From: Ensifer sp.
GTDB lineage: Bacteria; Pseudomonadota; Alphaproteobacteria; Rhizobiales; Rhizobiaceae
Reading direction: 5' to 3'
Assembly (NCBI RefSeq): GCF_035999135.1
Contig: NZ_DASYGZ010000100.1
Coordinates: 4,883 to 68,882, forward strand
Length of the DNA: 64,000 nt
Part shown: piece after piece, positions 10,418-19,248 of the stretch
How positions within the stretch are numbered: the first letter of the stretch is position 1
How the letters are laid out: each line of letters begins with the position of its first letter
The notes under the pieces: model-generated
Databases searched by the model: none
Told to the model about the DNA's origin: nothing
What the model saw: only the letters and a program-made list of their open reading frames with translations
Made by a program: the position numbers and the translations under genes

Positions 10418-11902
10418 ATGACGACCAAACTCTCCCTTGCCGCCCTCGATCAGATCAGGGCCAGGGCCGGCGTGCCCAGCTACGACCGGTCGCAACTGAC
10501 GGCGGGCATCGTGCATTTCGGCGTCGGCAACTTCCACCGGGCGCATCAGGCGGTTTATCTCGACGATCTCTTCAACGCCGGTCACGACCGCGACTGGGCG
10601 ATCGTCGGCGCCGGAGTTCTGCCCTCGGATGCGGCGATGCGCGGCAAACTCGCGGCGCAGGATTTCCTGACGACGGTGGTCGAGCAGGACAACAACCGCA
10701 CCGGCGCCCATGTCACCGGCGCGATGATCGACTACCTGGAGCCCGGCGACATCAAGGCGATCGTCAGCCGTCTTTCCGATCCGGCGATCCGGATCGTGTC
10801 GCTGACGATCACCGAGGGCGGCTACTTCATCGACCCGGCGTCGGGCGTCTTCAACCCGACCCACCCTGCGATCGTCGCGGACGCTCAGGACCCGGCTGCG
10901 CCGAAGACGGTGTTCGGGCTCATCGTCGCCGGCCTGAAGGCGCGCCGGGCTGCGAACGTGCCGCCTTTCACGGTGATGTCCTGCGACAACATTCCGGGCA
11001 ATGGAGAGGTCACCCACGCGGCGGTCTCCGGACTTGCCCGCCTCGTCGAACCCGCCTTTGCCGACTGGATCGACGCCAATGTCGCCTTTCCGAACAGCAT
11101 GGTCGACCGCATCACGCCGGCAACGGGCGCGCGCGAGATCGGCATCGTCGCCGACGACTATGGCATCGAGGATGCCTGGCCGGTGTTTTGCGAGGAGTTC
11201 AAGCAGTGGGTGCTTGAGGACCATTTCCCGCTCGGCCGCCCGGCGCTGGAAAAGGTCGGCGTCCAGTTCGTGCCCGATGTCGCGCCCTACGAACACATGA
11301 AGATCCGCATCCTCAACGGCGGCCACGCGGCGATTGCCTATCCCGCAGCACTTCTCGACATCCATTTCGTGCACGAGGCGATGGAGGAGCCGCTGATCCG
11401 GGCCTTTCTCGCCAAGCTCGAGCACGACGAGATCATTCCGGTCATCCCGCCGGTGCCGAACACCGATCTCGGCGACTATTACAAGCTGATAGAGACGCGC
11501 TTTTCCAACCCGAAGATCGGCGATACCATTCCGCGGCTCGCCCAGGACGGCTCCAACCGCCAGCCGAAATTCATCCTGCCGTCGACGGCCGACCGGCTGG
11601 CGCGCGGCGAGGATGTCGTCGGGCTGTCGCTCGTGTCGGCGCTGTGGTGCCGCTATTTCGAAGGAACCTCCGACAGCGGCAAGGCGATCGCCTTCAACGA
11701 CCAGAGTGCGGACCGCCTGCACCAGGCGGCCGTTGCCGCCAGGGACGACCCGATGGCGTTCCTGGCCCTTGGCGATATTTTCGGCGACGTCGCGCGCTCC
11801 GAGCTTTTCCGAAGCCGTTTCGCCCATGCATTGAAAACGCTGCGGGAAAAGGGTACGCGGGCTACGCTCCAGCTTTATCTGGACGGACAGCTCGGGGGAT
11901 GA
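10418..11902 (+). CDS. mtlK: Mannitol 2-dehydrogenase
   Basis: HFGVGNFHRAHQ, SCDN, FPNSMVDRITP, KIRILNGGH. Confidence 0.92.
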   Translation: MTTKLSLAALDQIRARAGVPSYDRSQLTAGIVHFGVGNFHRAHQAVYLDDLFNAGHDRDWAIVGAGVLPSDAAMRGKLAAQDFLTTVVEQDNNRTGAHVTGAMIDYLEPGDIKAIVSRLSDPAIRIVSLTITEGGYFIDPASGVFNPTHPAIVADAQDPAAPKTVFGLIVAGLKARRAANVPPFTVMSCDNIPGNGEVTHAAVSGLARLVEPAFADWIDANVAFPNSMVDRITPATGAREIGIVADDYGIEDAWPVFCEEFKQWVLEDHFPLGRPALEKVGVQFVPDVAPYEHMKIRILNGGHAAIAYPAALLDIHFVHEAMEEPLIRAFLAKLEHDEIIPVIPPVPNTDLGDYYKLIETRFSNPKIGDTIPRLAQDGSNRQPKFILPSTADRLARGEDVVGLSLVSALWCRYFEGTSDSGKAIAFNDQSADRLHQAAVAARDDPMAFLALGDIFGDVARSELFRSRFAHALKTLREKGTRATLQLYLDGQLGG

Positions 11903-11908
11903 AGGGCA

Positions 11909-12577
11909 ATGGCGGACGCGGCGTCGAGGCTGGTGATCTTCGATTGCGACGGGGTGCTCGTCGATAGCGAACCGATCTCGCTCGAAGTGCTTGTCGACGT
12001 GCTGTCGGCCGCCGGCGTTACCATGACCACCGAGGAGGCGACCGAACGCTTTCTCGGGCGCAGCCTGAAAAGCATGTCGGCCATCCTGCACGACGAGTAC
12101 GGGCTTGCGACCGACGACGCCTTTCTGGAAGGCATGCGTCTTCGCCTCTACCAGCGCTTCCGCACCGAGCTGCAGCCGATCGCCGGTATCCGGCGGGCGG
12201 TCGAAGGGCTCGAAGGCGCCTGTTGCGTCGCCTCCTCCAGCCAGCCCGAACGCATCCGGCTGTCGCTCTCGGTCACCGGGCTGATCGACCTCTTCGAGCC
12301 CAACATCTTTTCCGCCACCATGGTCAGGCATGGCAAGCCGGCGCCGGATCTCTTCCTGCATGCGAGCCGTCAGATGGGCTATCGGCCGGACGATTGCATC
12401 GTCGTCGAGGACAGCCCGGCGGGCATCGAGGCGGCGAAGGCCGCCGGCATGCGGGTGTTCGGCTTTGCCGGCGGCAGCCATGCACGCACCGACAAGCATC
12501 GGCAAAGTCTTGCCGCTCTCAATCCCGACGTGCTGTTTGACGACATGGGCGAATTGTTACAGTTTGTCGGTCGGTAA
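11909..12577 (+). CDS. HAD-family hydrolase
   Basis: FDCDGVLVDSE, KPAPDLF, EDS motifs. Confidence 0.9.
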   Translation: MADAASRLVIFDCDGVLVDSEPISLEVLVDVLSAAGVTMTTEEATERFLGRSLKSMSAILHDEYGLATDDAFLEGMRLRLYQRFRTELQPIAGIRRAVEGLEGACCVASSSQPERIRLSLSVTGLIDLFEPNIFSATMVRHGKPAPDLFLHASRQMGYRPDDCIVVEDSPAGIEAAKAAGMRVFGFAGGSHARTDKHRQSLAALNPDVLFDDMGELLQFVGR

Positions 12578-12589
12578 CAGGGATGAGAT

Positions 12590-12702
12590 GAGAGCGGGAC
12601 GAGGAGACATGTGCGCGGCTTTCCGCCCGCATCCCGTTCTCAGTCATGACAATCGATCACGGTTGCGAACATGGGCCGCACCGGTCCGAAACCACCGTGA
12701 TC
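12590..12702. repeat. Degenerate RIME-like repeat copy
   Basis: GAGAGCGGGACGAGGAGACATGTGCGCGGCTTTCCGCCCGCATCCCGTTCTC, then GATCACGGT...ACCGTGATC. Confidence 0.75.
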
Positions 12703-12724
12703 CAGGGGGCGGGGACTTCCATTG

Positions 12725-14308
12725 ATGCGTGAATTCGTCGTTGCGGTCGATGTCGGGACCGGCAGTGCGCGTGCCGGTATCTTTGACGGCAAGGGCAGGC
12801 TGCTGGCGCGCGCCGACCTGCCGATCGCCATGAACCGGCCGGAAGAAAACCATGCCGAACATGATTCCGAGGATATCTGGCGGGCCGTCTGCGGCGCGGT
12901 CAAGGCGGCGCTGACAAAGGCCGGCGTGGCGGCGGACCATGTCGCGGCCATCGGCTTCGACGCAACCTGCTCACTGGTGGTGCGCGACCTTGAGGGCAAG
13001 CCGCTTTCGGTCAACCGCAAGGGCGACGGACGCTGGGATACGATCGTCTGGCTCGACCACCGGGCGCTTGCCGAAGCTGATTTCGTCACCTCGACCGGCC
13101 ACCCGGTGCTCGACTTTTCCGGCCGGGTGATGTCGCCGGAAATGGAAATGCCGAAGCTCATGTGGCTGAAGCGCCATTTGCCGGATCAGTGGCGGAAGGC
13201 CGGCTTCTTTTTTGATCTCGCCGACTATCTCTCCTGGCGGGCGACGGGCAGTGCCGCCCGGTCGCGCTGCACCCTGACGGCCAAATGGAATTACCTGGCG
13301 CACGAGAAGCGCGGTTGGCAGCCCGACTATCTGGCAAGGATCGGTCTTGAGGATCTGATCGAGCGGGGTGGGCTGCCCGAAGAGACCTTGCCGATCGGTG
13401 GATCGGTCGGCAGCTTGAGCGCTGCGGCTGCAGCCGAACTCGGCCTCGACGAAGGATGCCAGGTGGCGCCGGGGCTGATCGATGCCTATGCCGGAGCGCT
13501 CGGTGTCGTCGGCGGATTCATCGGCAAGCCGGAAAAGCTCGAACGGCAGCTCGCCCTGATCGCCGGCACGTCGAGCTGTATCGTCGCCTTTTCCAAGGAG
13601 ATGAAGCCGGGCTTCGGCATGTGGGGGCCCTATTTCGAGGCGGTGCTTCCCGGGGCGTGGCTGATCGAGGGCGGACAATCGGCGACCGGCGCGCTGCTCG
13701 ACCACATCGTGCGACTGCATGGCGGTGGTCTGGAGCCGACGGCCGAGACCCATGGCCGGATCATTGCCCGCGTGCAGGAGCTCAGAGCCGAGCAGGGCGT
13801 GGCCTTTGCCGACCGGCTGCATGTCCTGCCCGATTTTCACGGCAACCGTTCGCCGCTCGCCGATCCGCACGGGCTCGGCGTCATCAGCGGCCTGCCGCTC
13901 GATTCCTCCTTCGATGCGCTTTGCCGGCTCTATTGGCGCACCTGCGTCGCGATCGCGCTCGGCATCCGCCACATCCTGGAGATGATGCGGGAGGTCGGCT
14001 ACCAGCTCGACACGCTCCACGTCACCGGTGGCCATGTGCGCAATGCGCTGCTGATGGAACTCTATTGCGACGTCACCGGCTGCCGCGTCGTGGCTCCGGA
14101 TGCGCCGGACGCCGTGCTGCTCGGAACGGCGATGGCGGCCGCCGTCGCTGGCGGCATGCACCCGGATCTCGCATCCGCGGGCGCGCAGATGGCATCGGGC
14201 GGGAACGAGCGATTGCCCAATGCGGCGGTCCGCGACGCCTATGACCGCGACTATCGCCGCTTCCTAGCGCTCTATCGCCACCGCCAAGAGCTCGACGGTA
14301 TGGAATGA
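12725..14308 (+). CDS. FGGY-family carbohydrate (ribulo-/pentulose) kinase
   Basis: VDVGTGSARAG, PDFHGNRSP, TGGH motifs. Confidence 0.9.
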   Translation: MREFVVAVDVGTGSARAGIFDGKGRLLARADLPIAMNRPEENHAEHDSEDIWRAVCGAVKAALTKAGVAADHVAAIGFDATCSLVVRDLEGKPLSVNRKGDGRWDTIVWLDHRALAEADFVTSTGHPVLDFSGRVMSPEMEMPKLMWLKRHLPDQWRKAGFFFDLADYLSWRATGSAARSRCTLTAKWNYLAHEKRGWQPDYLARIGLEDLIERGGLPEETLPIGGSVGSLSAAAAAELGLDEGCQVAPGLIDAYAGALGVVGGFIGKPEKLERQLALIAGTSSCIVAFSKEMKPGFGMWGPYFEAVLPGAWLIEGGQSATGALLDHIVRLHGGGLEPTAETHGRIIARVQELRAEQGVAFADRLHVLPDFHGNRSPLADPHGLGVISGLPLDSSFDALCRLYWRTCVAIALGIRHILEMMREVGYQLDTLHVTGGHVRNALLMELYCDVTGCRVVAPDAPDAVLLGTAMAAAVAGGMHPDLASAGAQMASGGNERLPNAAVRDAYDRDYRRFLALYRHRQELDGME

Positions 14309-14338
14309 GGCAAAGTGACAGGGAGCGCGGCCGGCGAT

Positions 14339-14363
14339 GGAACCTTTTTCGCAGCCGTGCATT
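14339..14363 (+). promoter_or_regulatory. EcfG/RpoE2-type promoter with no downstream protein gene
   Basis: GGAAC-N16-CATT. Confidence 0.65.
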
Positions 14364-14369
14364 CTCTCT

Positions 14370-14525
14370 TTGACCGGACGGTGGCGCGCATCGCCCCCAA
14401 TGCGGCGCCGGAGGCAGACCGCCGGCCTACAACTCACACTCCCCGAGTGAGTTGCACATACCAGCCAGTGCCTTCCCTCGGCACTGGCTGTTGTGTTTCC
14501 GGGGCTCCCCATCGCAGCAATATTT
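14370..14525 (+). ncRNA. Candidate trans-acting sRNA with C-rich hairpin loops
   Basis: Hairpins 14383-14409 (loop CGCCCCCA), 14430-14454 (ACTCCCCGA), 14462-14490 (TTCCCTC, perfect 11 bp stem) and a weaker fourth containing CTCCCC; ends approximate. Confidence 0.55.
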
Positions 14526-14563
14526 GAAAGCGGGCGCAACGCCTTGGCGAAGACGGCACCGAC

Positions 14564-14594
14564 AAAAAAAACGCCGGTGGGCGTGCCACCGGCG
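14564..14594 (-). terminator. Intrinsic terminator of phyR
   Basis: CGCCGGTGG/CCACCGGCG stem with A8 on + strand (U-tract on -). Confidence 0.8.
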
Positions 14595-14679
14595 CGAGTT
14601 GAAGCGGCGATCCGACCTGTCAGGCCGGGCTGTCAGGTCATTTCGCCGTTCTTCTGGAGCAGCGAAATGACCTGTCCGC

Positions 14680-15474
14680 TCAGGCCGCCGCCTTTGTCGA
14701 TTCGTTGAAGAACAGTGCCTGGCTGATCAGGGCCTTGACCATGTCCGGGTTGAACGGCTTGGTGACGAGGAAGGTCGGTTCCGGGCGTTCACCGGTCAGC
14801 AGTCGTTCCGGGAAGGCGGTGATGAAAATCACCGGGATGGCGCTGGTCTTGAGGATGTCGTTCACGGCGTCGATGCCGGAACTGCCGTCAGCGAGCTGGA
14901 TGTCGGCAAGCACCATGCTCGGACGGGTCTTCTTGTAGAGTGCGATCGCCTCGTCGCGCGTGCGGGCAATACCGGTGACGCGGTGGCCGAGGCTTTCGAC
15001 CATCTGCTCGATGTCGATCGCGATCAGCGGCTCGTCCTCGATGATCATGATATCGGTTGCGACCTGGCGCGAGATTTCCTGCGAGGCGCGGTCGAGCAGG
15101 CTGCCGACCTTGTCAGTGGAAACATCGAGAACTTCGGCTGCTTCCTCCGGCCGGAATCCCTCGACGGACACCAGAAGGAAGGCCTGGCGGGCAAGCGGGG
15201 ATACCGTGGCCAGATTGATCGAGGCGCGCTGTTCCCAGGCAAATGGCGAGACAGGCTCCGGTACAAGCACGGACGACGAGCCGAAGAGCGAGGTGAAAAG
15301 GCGGAACAGCCCGACACGGTCGTTGCTCGCCTCGGGGAAAATCGACGTGTCGGCGATCAGCGCTTCGAGCACGGCGGCGACATAGGCGTCGCCCGACGTC
15401 TGCGAGCCGGTCAGAGCGCGCGAGTAGCGGCGCAAATACGGCAGAAGCGGTGCGATCCGCGTGGACAATGTCAT
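14680..15474 (-). CDS. phyR: Anti-anti-sigma response regulator PhyR (RsiB1-like)
   Basis: N-terminal sigma-like domain (LPYLRRYSRALTG) plus C-terminal receiver (IIEDEP, LADIQL, TKP). Confidence 0.95.
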   Translation of the reverse strand: MTLSTRIAPLLPYLRRYSRALTGSQTSGDAYVAAVLEALIADTSIFPEASNDRVGLFRLFTSLFGSSSVLVPEPVSPFAWEQRASINLATVSPLARQAFLLVSVEGFRPEEAAEVLDVSTDKVGSLLDRASQEISRQVATDIMIIEDEPLIAIDIEQMVESLGHRVTGIARTRDEAIALYKKTRPSMVLADIQLADGSSGIDAVNDILKTSAIPVIFITAFPERLLTGERPEPTFLVTKPFNPDMVKALISQALFFNESTKAAA

Positions 15475-15517
15475 AGGGTGAACTCCCTCAGGTATCTTAT
15501 TGCGGTGACGTTGCGAC

Positions 15518-15573
15518 AACGTTCATCGTAAAAAAAGGTTCCGCGAGGGAACATTTCATTTTTCAGCTGCGTT
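15518..15573. promoter_or_regulatory. Back-to-back EcfG promoters for phyR and nepR-ecfG
   Basis: Minus GGAAC(15542-15538)-N16-CGTT(15521-15518); plus GGAAC(15548-15552)-N17-CGTT(15570-15573). Confidence 0.85.
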
Positions 15574-15609
15574 AAGGCGACAATGGACACACGAAGGCGA
15601 TAGTTGAAA

Positions 15610-15804
15610 ATGATACATAAAAAAGGGGCAGGGCGGGCAGCCGGCACGACCTTATGGACAGAGGACCCAAATGCGCAGATCGCAGCCAAGCTGAAAGCGC
15701 TCTATCAGTCCGTACAGGAAGAGGCGATTCCCGCCCGATTTCTCGATCTTCTGGAAAAACTCGACGCAGCCGAGCAGCAATCGGCGCTGCAGGGCAGGGA
15801 GTGA
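15610..15804 (+). CDS. nepR: Anti-sigma factor NepR (RsiA1-like)
   Basis: IAAKLKALYQSVQEEAIPARFLDLLEKL core. Confidence 0.9.
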   Translation: MIHKKGAGRAAGTTLWTEDPNAQIAAKLKALYQSVQEEAIPARFLDLLEKLDAAEQQSALQGRE

Positions 15805-15812
15805 ATACCGGA

Positions 15813-16367
15813 ATGTCGTCTGAAAATAATGATTTCAAGAGAGAGATGCTGGCCGCTCTGCCGAGCCTGCGCGCCTTTGCCATGTCGCTGATCGGTCGCC
15901 ATGACCGCGCCGATGACCTGGTTCAGGACACGATCATGAAGGCCTGGGCGAAGCAGGATCACTTCGAGATGGGCACCAACATGAAGGCGTGGCTGTTCAC
16001 GATCCTGCGCAACGAACTCTACAGCCAGATGCGCAAGCGCGGTCGGGAGGTGCAGGACAGCGACGGCCATTTCACCGAGTCGCTCGCGCACCACCCCGAG
16101 CAATACGGCTCCCTCGACCTGCAGGACTTCCGCAAGGCGCTCGAGACCCTGCCGCCGGACCAGCGCGAGGCGATCATTCTCGTTGGCGCATCGGGCTTTT
16201 CGTACGAAGAAGCCGCGACGATCTGCGGCTGCGCGCTCGGGACAATCAAGAGCCGGGTCAATCGGGCGCGTCAGCGCCTGCAGGACATCCTGCAGGTCAA
16301 GGGTGAAAACGACTACGGGCCAGACGAGACGTCTGCCCCGATCACCTCGCGCGCTTTCGTTTCCTGA
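15813..16367 (+). CDS. ecfG: General stress ECF sigma factor EcfG (RpoE2)
   Basis: DDLVQDT, AWLFTILRN, GTIKSRVNRAR; synteny with nepR/phyR; alternative GTG start 15801. Confidence 0.93.
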   Translation: MSSENNDFKREMLAALPSLRAFAMSLIGRHDRADDLVQDTIMKAWAKQDHFEMGTNMKAWLFTILRNELYSQMRKRGREVQDSDGHFTESLAHHPEQYGSLDLQDFRKALETLPPDQREAIILVGASGFSYEEAATICGCALGTIKSRVNRARQRLQDILQVKGENDYGPDETSAPITSRAFVS

Positions 16368-16382
16368 ACGAACATTTCGCTG

Positions 16383-16417
16383 GGACACCGTTGCAAAAGC
16401 AGCGGTGTCCTGCTTTC
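16383..16417 (+). terminator. Terminator after ecfG
   Basis: GGACACCGTTGC-AAAA-GCAGCGGTGTCC then TGCTTTC. Confidence 0.65.
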
Positions 16418-16568
16418 ACTGGCGGGTGAGCCCGAAGCGAACGACCGTGATGGTAACGGCTGACGGATGCGCAGCCGATGATTTTGGGTCTGGACGTCCC
16501 AAGCCAAGCGGGATGTGGCGAGTGTCCGCAGACTTGCTCATCCCGGTCAGATTGGGGACTGAGACCAA

Positions 16569-18080
16569 ATGCGCGTTAGGACAGAAACGACCGACCCGCT
16601 GGCGACGAGGCCGCTCGACGCACCTGAACGGCTGGGCGTTCTGCATGCGACAGTGCCCGACATGTCCGTGCCGGATCAGGATTTCGACGGCATCGTGGAA
16701 ATCGCTGCGGGGCTTTTCGATGCCCCGATCGCACTGGTCACCCTGATCGATCGTGAATGGCAGTGGTTCAAGGCCGCGATCGGCACCGTCGAGACACGCG
16801 CGTCTTCACAGGACTCGTTCTGCGTTCACCTCGCCGCTGCCGGTGAGGAAGCCGACGCTGGCCTCGTGGTTCTCAACGCGGCGCTGGACCCACGCTTTAT
16901 GAACCGGCCGATGGTCGCCGGGCCACCGTACCTGCGCTTTTACGCGGGCTCGCCGATCGTGATCGATGGACAGACGGTCGGCACCGTGTGTGTTCTCGAC
17001 GTCGAGCCGCGCGATGGCGTCGCCGGGCCGCTCGTGCAGCAATTGCGCCGCCTGGCGGATCTGGCGGCGTCCCTGTTCAAGCTCAAGGATGAGGCGCGGC
17101 GACGGGCGCTCAAGGAGGCGGCCCTGTCGCGCGAGGAGCAGCGTCATGCCATGGCGCTCGAGGCGGCCAACATCGGCAGCTGGTTGTGGGACATCCGCTC
17201 CGGTACGATTGCCGGCAACAGCGCCATGAAGCGCATGTTCGGCTTGCCTGCCGCTGCTTCTGTCGGTGCCAGGGAGATTTTCGGCGCCATCAGTGTGGAA
17301 GACCGCGGGGCAACGTTCTCCAAGCTTCGCCAGGCGATGAAGGCCGACGAGGAATATGACGGCATGTTCCGCATCGGTGATACCGGCCGCTGGCTGCTCG
17401 GGCGGGGCCGGGTGCACGAGCGTGACGCCAAGGGCAATCCCCTGACCTTCATCGGCGTGACCATCGACGTTACCGACCAGCAAACCTCGGTGCAGCGGAC
17501 TCGGCTCCTGCTGAAGGAACTCAACCACCGGGTCAAGAACACGCTGGCGATGCTGCAGTCGCTTGCCCGCCAGACGCTCCGCCAGACCAGCGATCCGGCC
17601 GAATTCATGACCGCGTTTGCCGGCCGGCTGCAGGCGATCTCGGAGGCGCACGGGTTGCTGTCGGATCACGAGTGGGGCACCATCCGGCTCGCCGACCTGA
17701 TCGCCAAGCAATTGCTGCCGCATGTCAATTGCTATGCCGAGCAGATCGAGATCCACAAGGACGAGATATCCCTCGGACCAGACCAGGCGGTGGGCCTCGG
17801 GCTGGTTCTGCACGAGCTTGCGACCAACGCCGTCAAGTACGGGTCGCTGTCGGTGCCGAAGGGAAAAGTGGTGCTGACGGCGCGCAAGATGCTCGAGGAC
17901 GGAGACCAGGTTCTTCACCTCACCTGGACGGAAGTCGGCGGGCCGCCTGTGCGCGAGCCCAAGCGCCGCGGCTTCGGCTCGATCCTCATCGAGCGCAGCC
18001 TCGACAAGGTTTTGGGAAGTTCGGTCAAGGTCGAATACCTTGCGGCCGGCGTTACCGCGCTCATCCGGTTGCCGCTTTAG
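16569..18080 (+). CDS. GAF-PAS-HWE sensor histidine kinase (RsiC-like)
   Basis: GAF (LRFYAGSPI), ELNHRVKNTLA, HELATNAVKYG, WTEVGGP, GFGS. Confidence 0.9.
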   Translation: MRVRTETTDPLATRPLDAPERLGVLHATVPDMSVPDQDFDGIVEIAAGLFDAPIALVTLIDREWQWFKAAIGTVETRASSQDSFCVHLAAAGEEADAGLVVLNAALDPRFMNRPMVAGPPYLRFYAGSPIVIDGQTVGTVCVLDVEPRDGVAGPLVQQLRRLADLAASLFKLKDEARRRALKEAALSREEQRHAMALEAANIGSWLWDIRSGTIAGNSAMKRMFGLPAAASVGAREIFGAISVEDRGATFSKLRQAMKADEEYDGMFRIGDTGRWLLGRGRVHERDAKGNPLTFIGVTIDVTDQQTSVQRTRLLLKELNHRVKNTLAMLQSLARQTLRQTSDPAEFMTAFAGRLQAISEAHGLLSDHEWGTIRLADLIAKQLLPHVNCYAEQIEIHKDEISLGPDQAVGLGLVLHELATNAVKYGSLSVPKGKVVLTARKMLEDGDQVLHLTWTEVGGPPVREPKRRGFGSILIERSLDKVLGSSVKVEYLAAGVTALIRLPL

Positions 18081-18179
18081 CGCCGAAACCGCTTCCAACT
18101 CTGTACAGGCGGTTATGCCGAGGCGCTTGCACCCCGGGCGCGAAATTCGGTGCCCTGGTCAAGGGCACCAAGGTCAATG

Positions 18180-18611
18180 TCAATCGTCGTCGCGCCTTGC
18201 GCGCCGCTTGCCGGTGCCGACGAGCGCGCCGATCGCAATGGCTGTGGCGACGGCAAGGAGCGGTTGCTTGCGCAAAATGCCGGCTGCGGCAAGCATCGTG
18301 AGGTTGGTTTGCACTTGCCTGCGTCGCCTGCGTTCCTCGGCGAGACGTCGGTCGCGCTCCTGCAGCATCACCGAAATGCCGAACAGCACCAACGCGGTCA
18401 CCGCCAGCGCAATGGCGATCGCGGCAGCGGCGGCGATCGGTGAGTATCGGTCGCTCAGATACAGAAACGTGGCCGCAAGGCCAAACACATAGGCCGTGGC
18501 CAGCAGCAGGCCGATGATCGCCCACAGAAAAGCGTTGCGTTTCAGGCGAGCGGTCGTTGCGCCGATATCGGCGGCCAGGAGCGCTGAAAGTGCTGCCGTC
18601 AATGGTCCCAT
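18180..18611 (-). CDS. Small membrane protein (phage-holin-like/YqjE-type), co-transcribed with DUF883
   Basis: Hydrophobic segments; follows DUF883 gene as is common in stress loci. Confidence 0.6.
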   Translation of the reverse strand: MGPLTAALSALLAADIGATTARLKRNAFLWAIIGLLLATAYVFGLAATFLYLSDRYSPIAAAAAIAIALAVTALVLFGISVMLQERDRRLAEERRRRRQVQTNLTMLAAAGILRKQPLLAVATAIAIGALVGTGKRRARRDDD

Positions 18612-18681
18612 GCAATACCCCCGATCATCGGCATGAATGGGCGGTTTGGCCGCCGCCCATCTGCCCAAGTGCCCACGGTGT

Positions 18682-19047
18682 TCAGCGGCGAAGAAGCGCT
18701 GCGACCGCGAGCCCGATCAGGGCGGCGGCGCCCAGCGTTGCGATCGGGTGTTCACGAACGGCCTGGCGGACCTGCTTTTCGGTCCCGGCGTAGCGTCCAC
18801 GAATTTCCGCCAGCAGTTCCTCGCCATTGGCCAGAAGCTCGCTCACGCTCGCTTCCGCCTGTTCGCGCGCATCCTGCGCCTTGCTGCGGGCCTGTTTCGT
18901 GGCCGCCGAGCCGCGATCGGCAAGCAGGGCGACCAGCGTTGCCACATCATCGCGAAGCTCGCTCAGCTGTTCCTCGACGGAAATATCGGCAAGTTTGCCG
19001 TTCTTCGACGAACGCGAACTCGAACCGGAGAAAAGACCTGGTGCCAT
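18682..19047 (-). CDS. DUF883/ElaB/YqjD-family tail-anchored protein
   Basis: Helical Ala/Glu body, VREHPIATLGAAALIGLAVAALLRR tail. Confidence 0.85.
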   Translation of the reverse strand: MAPGLFSGSSSRSSKNGKLADISVEEQLSELRDDVATLVALLADRGSAATKQARSKAQDAREQAEASVSELLANGEELLAEIRGRYAGTEKQVRQAVREHPIATLGAAALIGLAVAALLRR

Positions 19048-19150
19048 GATGGGTACTCCCTTTCACACAGGCGCCGGCCGCAAGCGGTCGGCGCTACCTT
19101 GAGGAACCGGCGGGCACAACCACAGGGCCCGTGCCGGCGTTCGGGAGAAC

Positions 19151-19175
19151 AACGCGCGACTGCGGAAATTGTTTC
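19151..19175 (-). promoter_or_regulatory. EcfG-like promoter for DUF883 operon
   Basis: Minus GAAAC-N16-CGTT (one mismatch). Confidence 0.5.
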
Positions 19176-19248
19176 GATAATTCTTGATGTTGGGGTTTGA
19201 GCGACGAACCGGAGAACGCCCGCATGGGCGCCGGCCCCCGCGGAGGGC

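Noticed and set aside
14315-14708. Short ORFs (70-91 aa) in the FGGY-phyR gap
   Set aside because: No convincing SD or protein-like composition, and they straddle the promoter or terminator; an RNA interpretation fits better, though a small peptide cannot be excluded without Ribo-seq
16369-16392. CGAAC-N15-CGTT as an EcfG promoter for the HWE kinase
   Set aside because: Mismatched -35, short spacer, overlaps the ecfG terminator
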